This document shows positions 12,200 to 23,064 of a DNA stretch of 64,000 nucleotides, in pieces. The stretch is taken from contig NW_003314313.1 in assembly GCF_000143415.4 (NCBI RefSeq), positions 204,418 to 268,417 on the forward strand, given 5' to 3'. Position 1 is the stretch's first letter. The number at the start of each line of letters is the position of its first letter. The notes below the pieces were generated by a model that ran no database searches, was not told the DNA's origin, and saw only the letters and a list, made by a program, of their open reading frames with translations. The translations under genes were made by a program, and so were the position numbers. This DNA is from Selaginella moellendorffii. Its lineage: Eukaryota; Plantae; Lycopodiophyta.

Positions 12200-12940
12200 A
12201 TGAGTGAAAACTTCACGAATGTAAGCACCTCTGGCGAAGTGGAGCACGAAATTCCTAGCTTGGACGAACCAGGTAGTAATCGAGTTACTGAACTTCCTGA
12301 AAGAACTCAAGCTGAAACCTTTCTAAGTCCAAGGTCAAGTTTCAGTTCAGAAGAAATACCTGGGAGTGGAGGTGCTACTTCAGCGACTCCTGCGAGAGCG
12401 AGGAATGTCTTGCACGAGATTGAATCCAGTCCAGCATTGCTGCTCCAGCTCCGGCTATGGCAGAACGAAGACGAGCTTCTGCGAGAACGAATCGAGCAAA
12501 TGGAGCAGTCGCTAACAAAGACTCAAAACGAGACATACCAGTTGTTTGGGATCTTTGTGGTTTTCGAGGGCGTGGTTCTCACTGCTCTGGCCCAGTCTTC
12601 CAAACTCGAGTGTGGACTCTGGTGGATCCCTTTTGTTTTGACCATCTTCGCGGGCATGGCGGTAGCGTTTGCTGTTTGGTATAAGCTCCAGCAATGTGAG
12701 AAGATCCGGCATGAGATTAATCTCGAGAAGGCCAACTCGAGAGCCGTAGCGCGGACGATGGAGCGCTTTCTTGGACTTGGAGCAGACTATGATCCTAACA
12801 ATCTGGAGCATCAGCCAGTCATGATTCCTCCCGCGAGGAAAACGGTGGTGAAATGGAAGATATCCATTGTCACCGCGACCGTAGCTTTCACGGCGCTGAT
12901 AGCAGCAGCTTGTAAGTTGATCCTTTGCAAGCGTAAATAG
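12200..12940 (+). CDS. Unknown coiled-coil + 3-TM protein family B, copy 1
   Basis: Intronless 246-aa ORF with LRLW..E...RIE..E..L....NE.YQL.G...VF.GV.LTALAQ...WIPFVL, shared with the ORFs at 21412 and 22215. Confidence 0.8.
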   Translation: MSENFTNVSTSGEVEHEIPSLDEPGSNRVTELPERTQAETFLSPRSSFSSEEIPGSGGATSATPARARNVLHEIESSPALLLQLRLWQNEDELLRERIEQMEQSLTKTQNETYQLFGIFVVFEGVVLTALAQSSKLECGLWWIPFVLTIFAGMAVAFAVWYKLQQCEKIRHEINLEKANSRAVARTMERFLGLGADYDPNNLEHQPVMIPPARKTVVKWKISIVTATVAFTALIAAACKLILCKRK

Positions 12941-12959
12941 ATCGAATGGAATTTAATGC

Positions 12960-13500
12960 ATATAGAGCATCACCTGGATTGATATTTCGTCCATATACGT
13001 AGTGTTGATCAACCGTGAATGTCTCTGCTTGTGCCTTGGTTTGATAAAAGATAAAAGCGAGAGAATCTCTTTTAAACGGAGAAAGAAAGAAAAAAACTCC
13101 ATACCTTTTATCCTCAAGGAAGACTCTGTAATAATTCTCAGGCTCCGCATCCACAATCTGCAAGCAAACATGAAGAGAACTTCTCCAAACGACAAAGAAA
13201 TTCATTAACATTACCTGCAAGCTGGTCGATTGTTCCAAATAGCAGTTCTCCACACCGAAAAATCTTAGAAATAAGAAGCACCCTCAGAGAGATTCCGCAA
13301 AGGAAGAGAAATTGCTCACCACGGCGACACTGGCAGTGTGGCAGTGTGAACTTGCCTTTCGCCCTAAATCCTTTGAGAGGACGAGGCGGCGATGGCGGTC
13401 GCTCTCCGGCTTGCGAATGTAGCAATCGCGACAGCAATGCGATGGAGATGGAGAATTCCGCCATCGCCCATCGCGAAGAACCCTAGCAGAAAGTAGCGGG
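12960..13500 (-). pseudogene. Degenerate fibrillin duplicate
   Basis: 12988-13070 aligns to the fibrillin 3' exons at 14530-14640 (INTTYMDE vs VDTTYLDD; shared ttggtttgataaa..gcgagagaa). Short motifs gccctaaatc and cgccatcgccc also occur at the fibrillin 5' flank (~15580-15615). Confidence 0.4.
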
Positions 13501-13706
13501 AAAATCTCGATGACGTGTGCCCTAAAGGTCACAGTGGTCATGGATTCGTCAAAGCGTGTGACATTGTCACACTCCCAATTGGTAGCTTCGTGGTTGGAGA
13601 GAAACACGAAACACGTTACACGTTAAAGAATTTCCCCACGATATAAATGTAAGAAGAGGAAGCGAAGGAGAACCAGGTGTCCTTCCATTTCATCTCCAGG
13701 AGGATC

Positions 13707-14132
13707 ATGAGGTGCTTCTCCAACAGCAGGACACTCTCAATCTGCGAGAGACATTCCACATCCAATTCCAGTCCCAGCTCCAGCTCCGATTCTTCCAGCT
13801 CCAGCTCTTTCAGCGATGATCAAAGGGAGGGCACGACATCGATCGTGAACAACACCGCCCACACGATTTTGCTCCGCGACAAGCACAAGAACCAATTCGG
13901 GCGATTGCGCCACTCCGTCCTCCCCAATTCCGCCCAGATCGTCCCCGCCGACCTCGTGGGCACCATGACGTACTACCAGATGGGGCTCCTGGCCAAGACC
14001 GACACCAGCGGCGAGGAGGGGAACACCCAGATCCTCATCGACACCGACGATCTCGCCGTGCACGACCGGATCGTCGTCTCCGCGCGCCGCAACGGCCAAT
14101 TCGCCGTCAAGAAGTTCAAGAGAAAGTTTTGA
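13707..14132 (+). CDS. Unknown small protein family A, copy 2
   Basis: GC3-rich intronless ORF: SIVNNTAHTILLRDK...TYYQMGLL...IDTDDL. Confidence 0.7.
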   Translation: MRCFSNSRTLSICERHSTSNSSPSSSSDSSSSSSFSDDQREGTTSIVNNTAHTILLRDKHKNQFGRLRHSVLPNSAQIVPADLVGTMTYYQMGLLAKTDTSGEEGNTQILIDTDDLAVHDRIVVSARRNGQFAVKKFKRKF

Positions 14133-14314
14133 AGAGCCCTAAAAACAGAGCACTCCGTACAAGATAGTACGGGGAGTGCTGCCGTACGCGGCTTGTGCCG
14201 TACAGTTTTGGCGATTCTTGGAATATACTCCGGCTGGATAGCTTTTTTAGAGTGAAGCGCGTTGTTTCTCATCTTCCCTGGTACAAATGTTTTGATCAGC
14301 CTGGCGATATCATT

Positions 14315-14452
14315 TTCTAAGCTCCGGCAATGTGAGAAGATCCGGAGAGCAAAATGCAACAGTCACTGTGATCTTCGAGTCTCTGATAGCGGCAGCTCGT
14401 AAGTTGATCCTTTGCAAAAACCGAGAATCGAATGGATCATCACCTGGATCGA
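14315..14452 (+). pseudogene. Remnant of a family B gene 3' end
   Basis: taagctccggcaatgtgagaagatccgg and ctgatagcggcagctcgtaagttgatcctttgcaa match 12682-12710 and 12896-12930. Confidence 0.65.
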
Positions 14453-14454
14453 AA

Positions 14455-15502
14455 TTATAGTGATGGGACCATTTTCGTTCTCACGGCAACAAAAATGGAT
14501 CCTTTGTCACCTCGCCCGACTCTCATATCGTCGTCCAAGTACGTAGTGTCAACCCATCTGCAAGCCAAGAAGAAAGTCACGGAAAGATCCTGGTTTAAGC
14601 TGCTTTCTTACCCCTTTGGTTTGATAAACGCGAGAGAAATGGTGGCAACTCGGATCCTGTTGATCGTCAACACAAAGCTCTCAAACGTGACGAGCAGGCG
14701 GACGCCTTGTGTGTCAGGCTCCAAAGATTTTACGGCTGCTGCGTTTATGCACAGAGAACCTGCACAGCTTTAAACTACGAGGATCAAAAGCTATCGTAAG
14801 GAAAAGAACCAAAAGAATAGAAGAACTTTATACCATTGATCCCAAGAAAGGAAAAGTCTGCAATGTTTTTCACGCTCCCATTGATGGAATCGATAATCTG
14901 CACGCAAAGAAAAAGAGGCTTGCCAACAAGAAATGAGGAAACACTACCTGCAAGCTTCGAGTTTGCTTGATAGTTCCAAATGCCAGTGGTTTGATTCTTG
15001 AAAGAAAAGGGCCCTCTTCGGTGCCAGCATATCTATCCACAATTTCTTCTGCGTGGAATGGCAGAACAAGTATTAGCAGCCTGGAAAGCTTGCAAAGCAT
15101 ACCATTCAGTGGAGCCGTGTAAAGTAAAGCCCAAGTTCCAGACAAAAGATGAGAGTTTACTGGGTTTTCCGTGGGATTCATACGCTCTAGTTCCTAGACA
15201 GAAGAGAATAAGAACGTAATAATCAAACCACAAAAGTTTTCTTACTTCCACCAGTGACAAGATCTTTTGCTTTTGCTCACTCGTTGCATCCTAAGAAATA
15301 GGAAATCCACGAAAAGAAAAGAGTCGCGGTCGCGTGGAAGAGAAATCAGGAAAGAAAATCTAGAGCAAGCTCACCTTACCACGATTTGTATTAGACACAG
15401 AGCGTAAGATCGTCGTCTTGAGCTCGGGGACACTAGCAGCAGCGGGAATTTGGAGCTTGTCTTTGTCAGAAGCGGAGCAAGCCTGGCTAAATCCAATCCC
15501 AT
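14455..15502 (-). CDS. Fibrillin / plastid lipid-associated protein (PAP_fibrillin)
   Basis: NPTENPVNSHLLSGTWALLYT and C-terminal GWVDTTYLDDDMRVGRGDKGSIFV; transit-peptide-like N-terminus. Confidence 0.85.
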
Positions 15503-15682
15503 TCGCAGAAAGAAAAGAAAAATGTGGGAAGAATCCAGAGGCCTACTCTCGAGAGACGCGCAGCCGGTAGAGCCGAAATCGCCATCGCCCGCGCCATTCC
15601 ACAAGGCCCTAAATCTTAAAATCAGGATTGAGATTTATAAATTTCTGGTACCGTACATTCTTGGCGATTCTAAGAATATACT

Positions 15683-18600
15683 CTATATGTGTAGCTTTGG
15701 CCGCTTTGAGGGATACTTCGCAGCTAAAATCCGTGCCAGTGGGCCTTCCACTACGACCTGGAACGCAAAGTGAGATTTTTTTTCCTTCTCTTCTGGAATG
15801 GAAAACATCAAACCTTTTGCCAAGCTACATTGATGGCGAGACTCGCGAGAATGATCCACCATAGCTTGAAACGGAAATCAAAGCTCATGGCCGGCGAAGG
15901 CTGTCCACCATTTTTCTGGAAGAAAACACGAAGAGATATGATTTAGTTGTGGAAAGAATGAGAGTTTTTTTTACCTGGTAAGACGCCCAAACTGGAGAGG
16001 CGGGGTTTGCACGGTTGAATTGCTCGCTTGCAACGTGCCATACTTCCGTGAACTTGTTGTGAGGAAGAAGTAATAGACAAGAGCACACAGCGATCAATGA
16101 CCAGTACGAAACCTGCGCGGAAAAGACTTAAGTGCTTGAAACTACTTGAAAGTAGAAGACTTACCATCAAAGCGAAGTTTTTGAATACGGTCTTTCGAAA
16201 CTTAGAGCCAAACGAGAACACGAATGCGGACGTGATGAACTGGAAATACATTGTGAAGAACAACACTGTGGACTCCCAGTTGTCACCCAGCGTCCACCAG
16301 CTTGCACCATGAGAGTATCTGAAACAAACGAGATTTTGAGCACGAACTTCACAAAACCAATCACTTACTGTGCCGGCCATCTCACGTAATCCTTCTGGCT
16401 TGCCATGAAACAAATTGCAGCCACCAGGAACACAACGTTGCTTCCCCATAGCCCCAGCACCGATGCTACGTTTAAAGGTCCAAGCAAACTGGAAGTAGGC
16501 CTCACCTGTCATTACCACGGTTAAACATTTCATAGACTCAAGGTAACAAGTGTAAGGACCTTGTTGAGTATTTTTTCAGCGTTGCACCGAGACATGGCAT
16601 AACCAAGGCTGAGCACAGCTACGCCATCAATAAATATGTAGTCCATTTGGCAGGCTATAATCCCAAACCTGGATTGAAAGCGCTAAGCGTCGGGAAGATC
16701 TCGAAAGTCCAAGCTTACCAATAACAACAAAGCTTGAATATTGAGAACTGGAGGCCATAAATAATCAGAAACTTGTAGCATGCGAATGACGTATGGAGAG
16801 CACCTCGCGCTTCACGTAGTAAATCTACCACAGCTTGGACCTACAAAGAAAACATCAACTTTGAGCGATTATTTCAGAAAAATGCTTGAACTGACCGATT
16901 TGTTTCGGGCAGTAAATGGAGACACCACCGATGCTTCTGCAGCACTTAAAGCGATGCCGGCGTGAGCGGCCCTTAGCGCTCCACAATCGTTTCCACCGTC
17001 ACCACACATTCCCACGATTAGGCCATGGTTTCTATGCATAGTTACCACTTTCTCCTGTTAAGTCCACAACTGCATGAGACTATTATCAAAGGGAACAAGA
17101 TGAACCTTATCGGAAGGAGTGAATCTTGCGAAGATTCGTGTGTAAAGAAGTAGGTCGTCCATTCTCTTGGATTCTTGTAAGCGATTAAAAGCTTTACCCG
17201 TAAGCGCAAGCTCCAAGGTCCCGTCCTCAAGTGAGCTCGCTCTACTTTGAAGTAGTTCTTCGGTGGTCATGCGGCTTATACCCGTTGTCACTTCACTACT
17301 CAATGAAGACCATACCACGCTACAGAGACAAAGCTATCGTTAGAAAGATCTTTCATAAAGAATAAGACCAACCTGTTGTCGTTCGTTATATCACCCAGTA
17401 GTATCTTACAGTCAGATGAGAACATACCAGATTGTTTAGCAATATAGTGGCCGCATTGAGCATTATCACCGGTAACCATCACGGGACGAACCTGTAGACC
17501 AGGAGCATTTTGTTTTCCAGCGGAATCAATATACACAACGTACCTTTCCAGCTTTGAGAGATTGAATAGCTGCAGAGCTATCCGGCTTGAGCTCGTTCCT
17601 AAACAAGACCAGAGATATAAAATTCAGGTCCTTCTCCAACTCATTCCTTGGTAGTGCTAACATGTCTTCAAATCCCAGTTCTCGGCCAAGGTATCTGCAA
17701 GGTTCAGCAATAAGCCATTGGAAGAAAACAGTAAAAAAAGCCAGCTGCAAAACATGAAAGACTGAGGAAACAGCGTGCACCTGTAGCTTAAACCAAGAAC
17801 ATAACAACCTTGCAGAGCTTGAAGCCGTGCTCTGTCCTCGTAGTCCGCTGGAAGGCTTTGTGCGTTGCTCAGCTCCTTAATCTTTTCGAAAGAACCCTGC
17901 CATGCTTGAACGGAAATATTGATGAGTAAAGGTTTACGAATGCTAGACGCAAGAACCTTGCAGTAGATGTGAAAGTTTCCAGAGTTGTCCTCCACAACAA
18001 CACTCATTGTTGCTCTCGATTGATCAAACTCGTTTCGTCTCACGATTCTAAAGGTCCGTGATCCGGAACCATCTGAAACGACTGGGGGACTGTTTGCGGA
18101 CTCTATCAAATTCCATCCCACAGCTGAGAACATTTTCACCTATGACACAAAAGATCATCCAAGCTTTTCTGCGAAAATTACAAATTTACCTCAACCTGGT
18201 TTCCAACCAAGTCCTTTCCGAACTTTGTAACAGCATGACATGTGGCAAGTCCATGCAAAACAATATCATCAATTCTTTGACCCCCTTCAAGTGATAAAAC
18301 TGGTCCAAAGGAGTTAGTGACGACACTCTGAACTCCAACAAAATCGAGTCCCTCTTTTGTCAATGTCCCAGTTTTGTCAAAACAGAAAACTCGTATCTTC
18401 CCAGCGATAGCTATGCGCTTTGGATTGAGGCAAAACACCCCACGCTTCTGAAAGAACAACATAAGGAACTGGAAACAGGAGGTAAGAAGGCGTGCCTTTA
18501 AACTCTCCAGAGCATGAATTTGTCCAACTTCAAGAGCGACCGGCAATAGTGGCGACATTATCTGATTTATGATGAACATACAGTAGATCCACTTTGTCAC

Positions 18601-21150
18601 CCAAATACTCTGCTGTCCGTTCATGTTCTGGTCCACAATAGACAGACAGTTTGCAAAAATGATTTCATATAGTGAAACATGAATATATACCTGAAACTTT
18701 ATGGACACACCAAAGCATACGATAGCGTAGATAAAAAGAAGACAGGCAACGATTTGGAGCTCCTCATCGTACTTGAAGATGAGCTTTTGAGGGTACAAAA
18801 TCGTCGCGACCAGTTCGCCTTTGGAGGTTGACATACCTGGGTCACAGAAAAACGCGTTCCATAGTGAAAGAAAAAACCATGGCAAAAACATATACCTGTC
18901 TCCGTGACAATTGCGAGAGCATCATCATGGCCCTGTCCTGCTTGAAGTAGAGTAGTTCCAGAGAACAACGTATGCCGCGAGCCAAGGCCATCGGCCTTAT
19001 ACTGCACGTCGGTGTTGGGAGCAGCGTATTTTTGCACTGGCATGGGCTCACCAGTCAAAGCACTCTCGTCACAAACACAGGAGCCTGCTCGAAGCTAGTT
19101 AAAAATCGAGAAACATACGGTTTCAAACCTTTGATGATCAGTAGATCGCATGGAAGCACCCAGCCGCTTTTGAGCTTGATAACATCCCCGGGTACCAAGT
19201 TTCGCGAAGCAAGGTTTATCCATTGACCGCTTCTCAGAGTTTCAACTTGCGTATCATACTCAGTGATCTGAAAACAAAAAGGGACGTTTTCCAACCATCT
19301 GAAACTGATTCACAACGCTTACCTTGGCTATCATGAACTGGCCTCGACGTCGATTGTAAATGGTTATCGCAGCGCTCAGTGCCACAATAAACATCATGAG
19401 CGATGCAACGAATAAGTAGCTACTCCAGAACTGCAAAATGTAGGAAATGAGCTGATACACTTTAAAGAGCGTGAACGTTTCATCGAATATAGAATAGAAG
19501 AGGGACTCTGGTTTAAACGGGATTTCGTTCGGACCAAGTTCTTCTAAACGCTTTTCAGCTTCCCCTTCAGTAAGACCTTCGGCTTCCTACCGGAAACAAT
19601 GGAAAAGAAAAATAATTTAGACGCACCGATACAGTACGATATAAATAAAGTTTTTAAACCTTGAGGAAATCTGAGTATCTCTCCCCAACTTTGAAGTGCA
19701 CGTCTGTCACAGTTTCGCCTTTGATCAAGAACCTGTGGCCTTGAAAGAAAAAATGCCGCTGCCCGGCCTTTGTAGTGAGTATTTTGACAATCTCGGAATG
19801 ACCATGTAACTCTTCAAAAGTTGATAGGAAATTCTGCAAAATTGAACAATTTAGCATACGTGAATCACCCTATACTACAGAAGTTGAAAAGCTTACTCGA
19901 AAGTAACGGACGTAGTGCACGAGCGGCAAGTCGTTTGTCGACAAAATCTGCTCGCTTTCTCTGGTCCAGATAAAGACGACTCCGGCAGACTCAAGACCGC
20001 AAGGAATTCGAAACCAAAATCTTACTCGGCCTTTGAATATTACCCAAGCCGTAAACCAAATGGCCGAGAGCCACCAGACCACGAAAAAGATCTGCAACAA
20101 GAGGGCAAAGTCGTACCACGATTCGATCGAGAACAAAAACGTTTTTGCGAACCTTTCCATTGAAGTCATAACTCCCGAACACGGAATAATTCCCGTAAAA
20201 GCACAAGTTATCCACACCACCGACTTGACACTTGTTGTATGCATCGAAAAGTAAGAGCGAGTGGAGCAGGATCCAGTGAAGCGATGTCAGGCAGCAGAGA
20301 AAGTAGCAAAACTCCCCAAAATAAGACCAAGTGTAGCCAGTGATTCGGAGCTCCTTCTCCTCTTCCACATTTACCACATGATCTTCGCCAGGTTTTCTAT
20401 CAGATGAGGAAAAATTCTCGCCTTTCCCGTTCCGCTGGAGGACTAAAGGTTGCACCTGATCCCTTCGCAGCTTCAAAACCTTCCAGAGCTGAAATGCCGA
20501 GCAGCAGCTGATAACGAAAGCCCAAAACGCGTAGACGATCAAAGGGCCTGTCTGAGTGACGCTGGTGATGAGAACACTGCAGGATGGATCATCAACACAG
20601 CTCGTAGGACCTGTCGGATACTTTCCCATGAGACGAGCGCTGAAAAAACCACCTGTTCTTCCTCAGATCTTGGATTGGTGCAAGCAAACTTGGAGCAAAG
20701 ACCAGCAGCCACTTCTGGAGCAAATCTCACATTTAGAAAAGAGTCGGGAAGAACTACAATGTAAACAAGTGAGCACAAAACTTTCAATGTTCCACGAGCT
20801 CAAGCAGCCGACTTTTCCACAAGAAAAGATGACTCAACAACACAAGGGAATACGACACCTTATAGAATAAAAACCAGGACAACTTAGCCGCAAAGAAAGC
20901 AGAGATTTCTCCTAAACAGTGAGAGAGAGAGAACAAAAGAAAAGTCACTCCGGAAGCACACCTGTGAAGATCGCAGGATATGGAAGCGCATATCCCTCTT
21001 TCATCCAGGTTTTTTGGTCCCCTCCACTCAAAAACTTTGCGACTTTATGTTCACGGCACAATGCAGGTGCTATCAATCCACTGAAAGTGCAAGCTTCAAT
21101 CATGCCAGGCAAGAGCTTACTTGGAAGAATAGAAACCTTTCGACTCGCGC
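15683..21150 (-). CDS. P5-type (probably P5B/ATP13A-like) P-type ATPase, many exons; start uncertain
   Basis: [66 protein letters not shown]; last exon [24 protein letters not shown]. Confidence 0.92.
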
Positions 21151-21411
21151 ATTGATTGTGTGAGCCCTGGCCCTCGCAATGGCGCTAGTTCTACTCCTAA
21201 TGGCGCTCGCTCACTCGCAATCCATGGATTTCTTACCGGATCGCTGGCGCCGATGGATCATCGTAGAAATTTCGAAGCGATACTAAAGAAAGGCGTGAGT
21301 AGAAAATGGCCGATTGCTCGGATTATAAACCCTACTAAAAGTCCCGGTCATTATTGTCCATGATTTTTATAATCCGATCGGACGGTGTAAAAACTTCTTA
21401 TCGGACGGTTA

Positions 21412-22077
21412 CTACTTCTTGGGTTCTGAGGAGCCGTCGTTGTGGATGATCCAGCACGAGATGGCCATTATCGCGGAGAAGATGAACAGAATGACTAGCA
21501 GGAATGCGCCGTATCCCTCCATGTGGCTGATCCAGATCCTCGAAAGCTGCGATCGATCCACGGTCTTGGGATTTTGGAGATGGGGCAAGAGGTGGAGATC
21601 CGTGGGGTTGTAATCGTTGCCCATGCTCTTGAGCGTGTCACTGGCCTGGAACAGGGCCCTGGATAGCAGCTTCTCGCTCGCGATTTGGCGCTGGAGCTCT
21701 GCGCAATCCTCCAATTTGAAGATGAGAGCGAGGATTGTGGCGAGCGAGGCGAGCATCGAGAGAACGAAAGGGATCCATACGCGACTTGGGGGCAAATTTG
21801 TGGCCTGGGCCAGGGCAGTGAGAATCACACCTTGGAAGACGAAGTAGATTCCCAGGAGCTGATAGATCTCGTTCTTAGTGTTCTGGAGGCGCTGCTCCTT
21901 GCGCTCGATTCGTTGATTCACGACTTCTTCCTCCTTTTTCCACAACTCCAGGCGCAACTTAAGCGCGGGATTTGCAGCGATTTGCGCGTAGGGATCAGTG
22001 CCAGGGGTGAGACTCTGAGGAGGAGTGTTTGATTCATCACTTGGAGTGACCGGGATAACGAAACTCGGGCGCAGCAT
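21412..22077 (-). CDS. Unknown coiled-coil + 3-TM protein family B, copy 2
   Basis: 221-aa intronless ORF: WKKEEEVVNQRIERKEQRLQ..KNEIYQLLGIYFVFQGVILTALAQA. Confidence 0.85.
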   Translation of the reverse strand: MLRPSFVIPVTPSDESNTPPQSLTPGTDPYAQIAANPALKLRLELWKKEEEVVNQRIERKEQRLQNTKNEIYQLLGIYFVFQGVILTALAQATNLPPSRVWIPFVLSMLASLATILALIFKLEDCAELQRQIASEKLLSRALFQASDTLKSMGNDYNPTDLHLLPHLQNPKTVDRSQLSRIWISHMEGYGAFLLVILFIFSAIMAISCWIIHNDGSSEPKK

Positions 22078-22214
22078 TGTGCTAGAAGCGAGTGATCAAA
22101 CCCTCACAACAGACGAACTCGTCTTCTTTGACCCCCCCAAGAATATCCTTTGAGCGTTAAGGAATATGCTTTAGTGCTCAAGAACCCTAAAATCGGAACT
22201 TTAGCAGCGCTCTT

Positions 22215-22886
22215 TCAATTTTTGCTCGATGTGATTCGCCAGCAAGCAATTCCCATGATCGTGGAGAAGATGAGCAAGATCACTACTAGCAATGCGCCGT
22301 AGGCCTTCATGTGATCTTCCCAGATCCTGGGGATAAGATTTTTGGGGCGATCTTGCGGCCTGTGCGTAATGTGGGGCTGCCGCTGGACATCCTTGTGATC
22401 GAATGCGCTCCCCATGCTCTTGAGATCGTCGCTGGCCTGGAACAGCGCCTTGGACATGAGCTTCTCGCCCTTGATCTGGCGCTCCAGCTCCGAGCAATCC
22501 CGCAGCTTATAGACGAGGGCGAGAATCGTGGCCATGGACGCCAGCGTCGAGAGCACGAAGGGGATCCAGCGCCACTTCCCGGAGAGATCGTTCGCCTGGG
22601 CTAGGGCGGTGAGAATCACACCTTGGAACACGAAGTAGATCCCCAGGAGCTGATAGATCTCGTTCTTGGCGCTCTGCAATCGCTGCTCCTTGCGCTCGAT
22701 GCGTTGATTCACGACCTCCTCCTCCTTCTTCCAGAAATCCAGCCGTAGCCTCAGGGCCTTGTTGCCTGCGATCTGCTCGAATGGATCGACGAGCGGAGCT
22801 TCCTCGTCGCGATCCTGGCCATTGCTGCTACTGCTGGCCATGGATTGATTGAGACGAGAGAGCGGGATTTCTTCGTGGTGATTCAT
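22215..22886 (-). CDS. Unknown coiled-coil + 3-TM protein family B, copy 3 (tandem paralog)
   Basis: Highly similar to copy 2. First ATG at 22886; shares a ~180-bp divergent promoter with the SDR-MDR gene. Confidence 0.85.
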   Translation of the reverse strand: MNHHEEIPLSRLNQSMASSSSNGQDRDEEAPLVDPFEQIAGNKALRLRLDFWKKEEEVVNQRIERKEQRLQSAKNEIYQLLGIYFVFQGVILTALAQANDLSGKWRWIPFVLSTLASMATILALVYKLRDCSELERQIKGEKLMSKALFQASDDLKSMGSAFDHKDVQRQPHITHRPQDRPKNLIPRIWEDHMKAYGALLVVILLIFSTIMGIACWRITSSKN

Positions 22887-23064
22887 CGTGCTATTGGCCA
22901 CTGCTTCCAAGGGATTGGGAAGAAAGCGCCAGGAAGCATCGTTTGATGCTAAGAGCTAAAACACATCGCTATTTGTCATGTCCGCAATTTTATAATTTCT
23001 CTTTCTCTAGCAAGCCCTAGGTAAAGACCTCGATCGTGTCGCCATCGCGAAAATTTCCGCAAGG

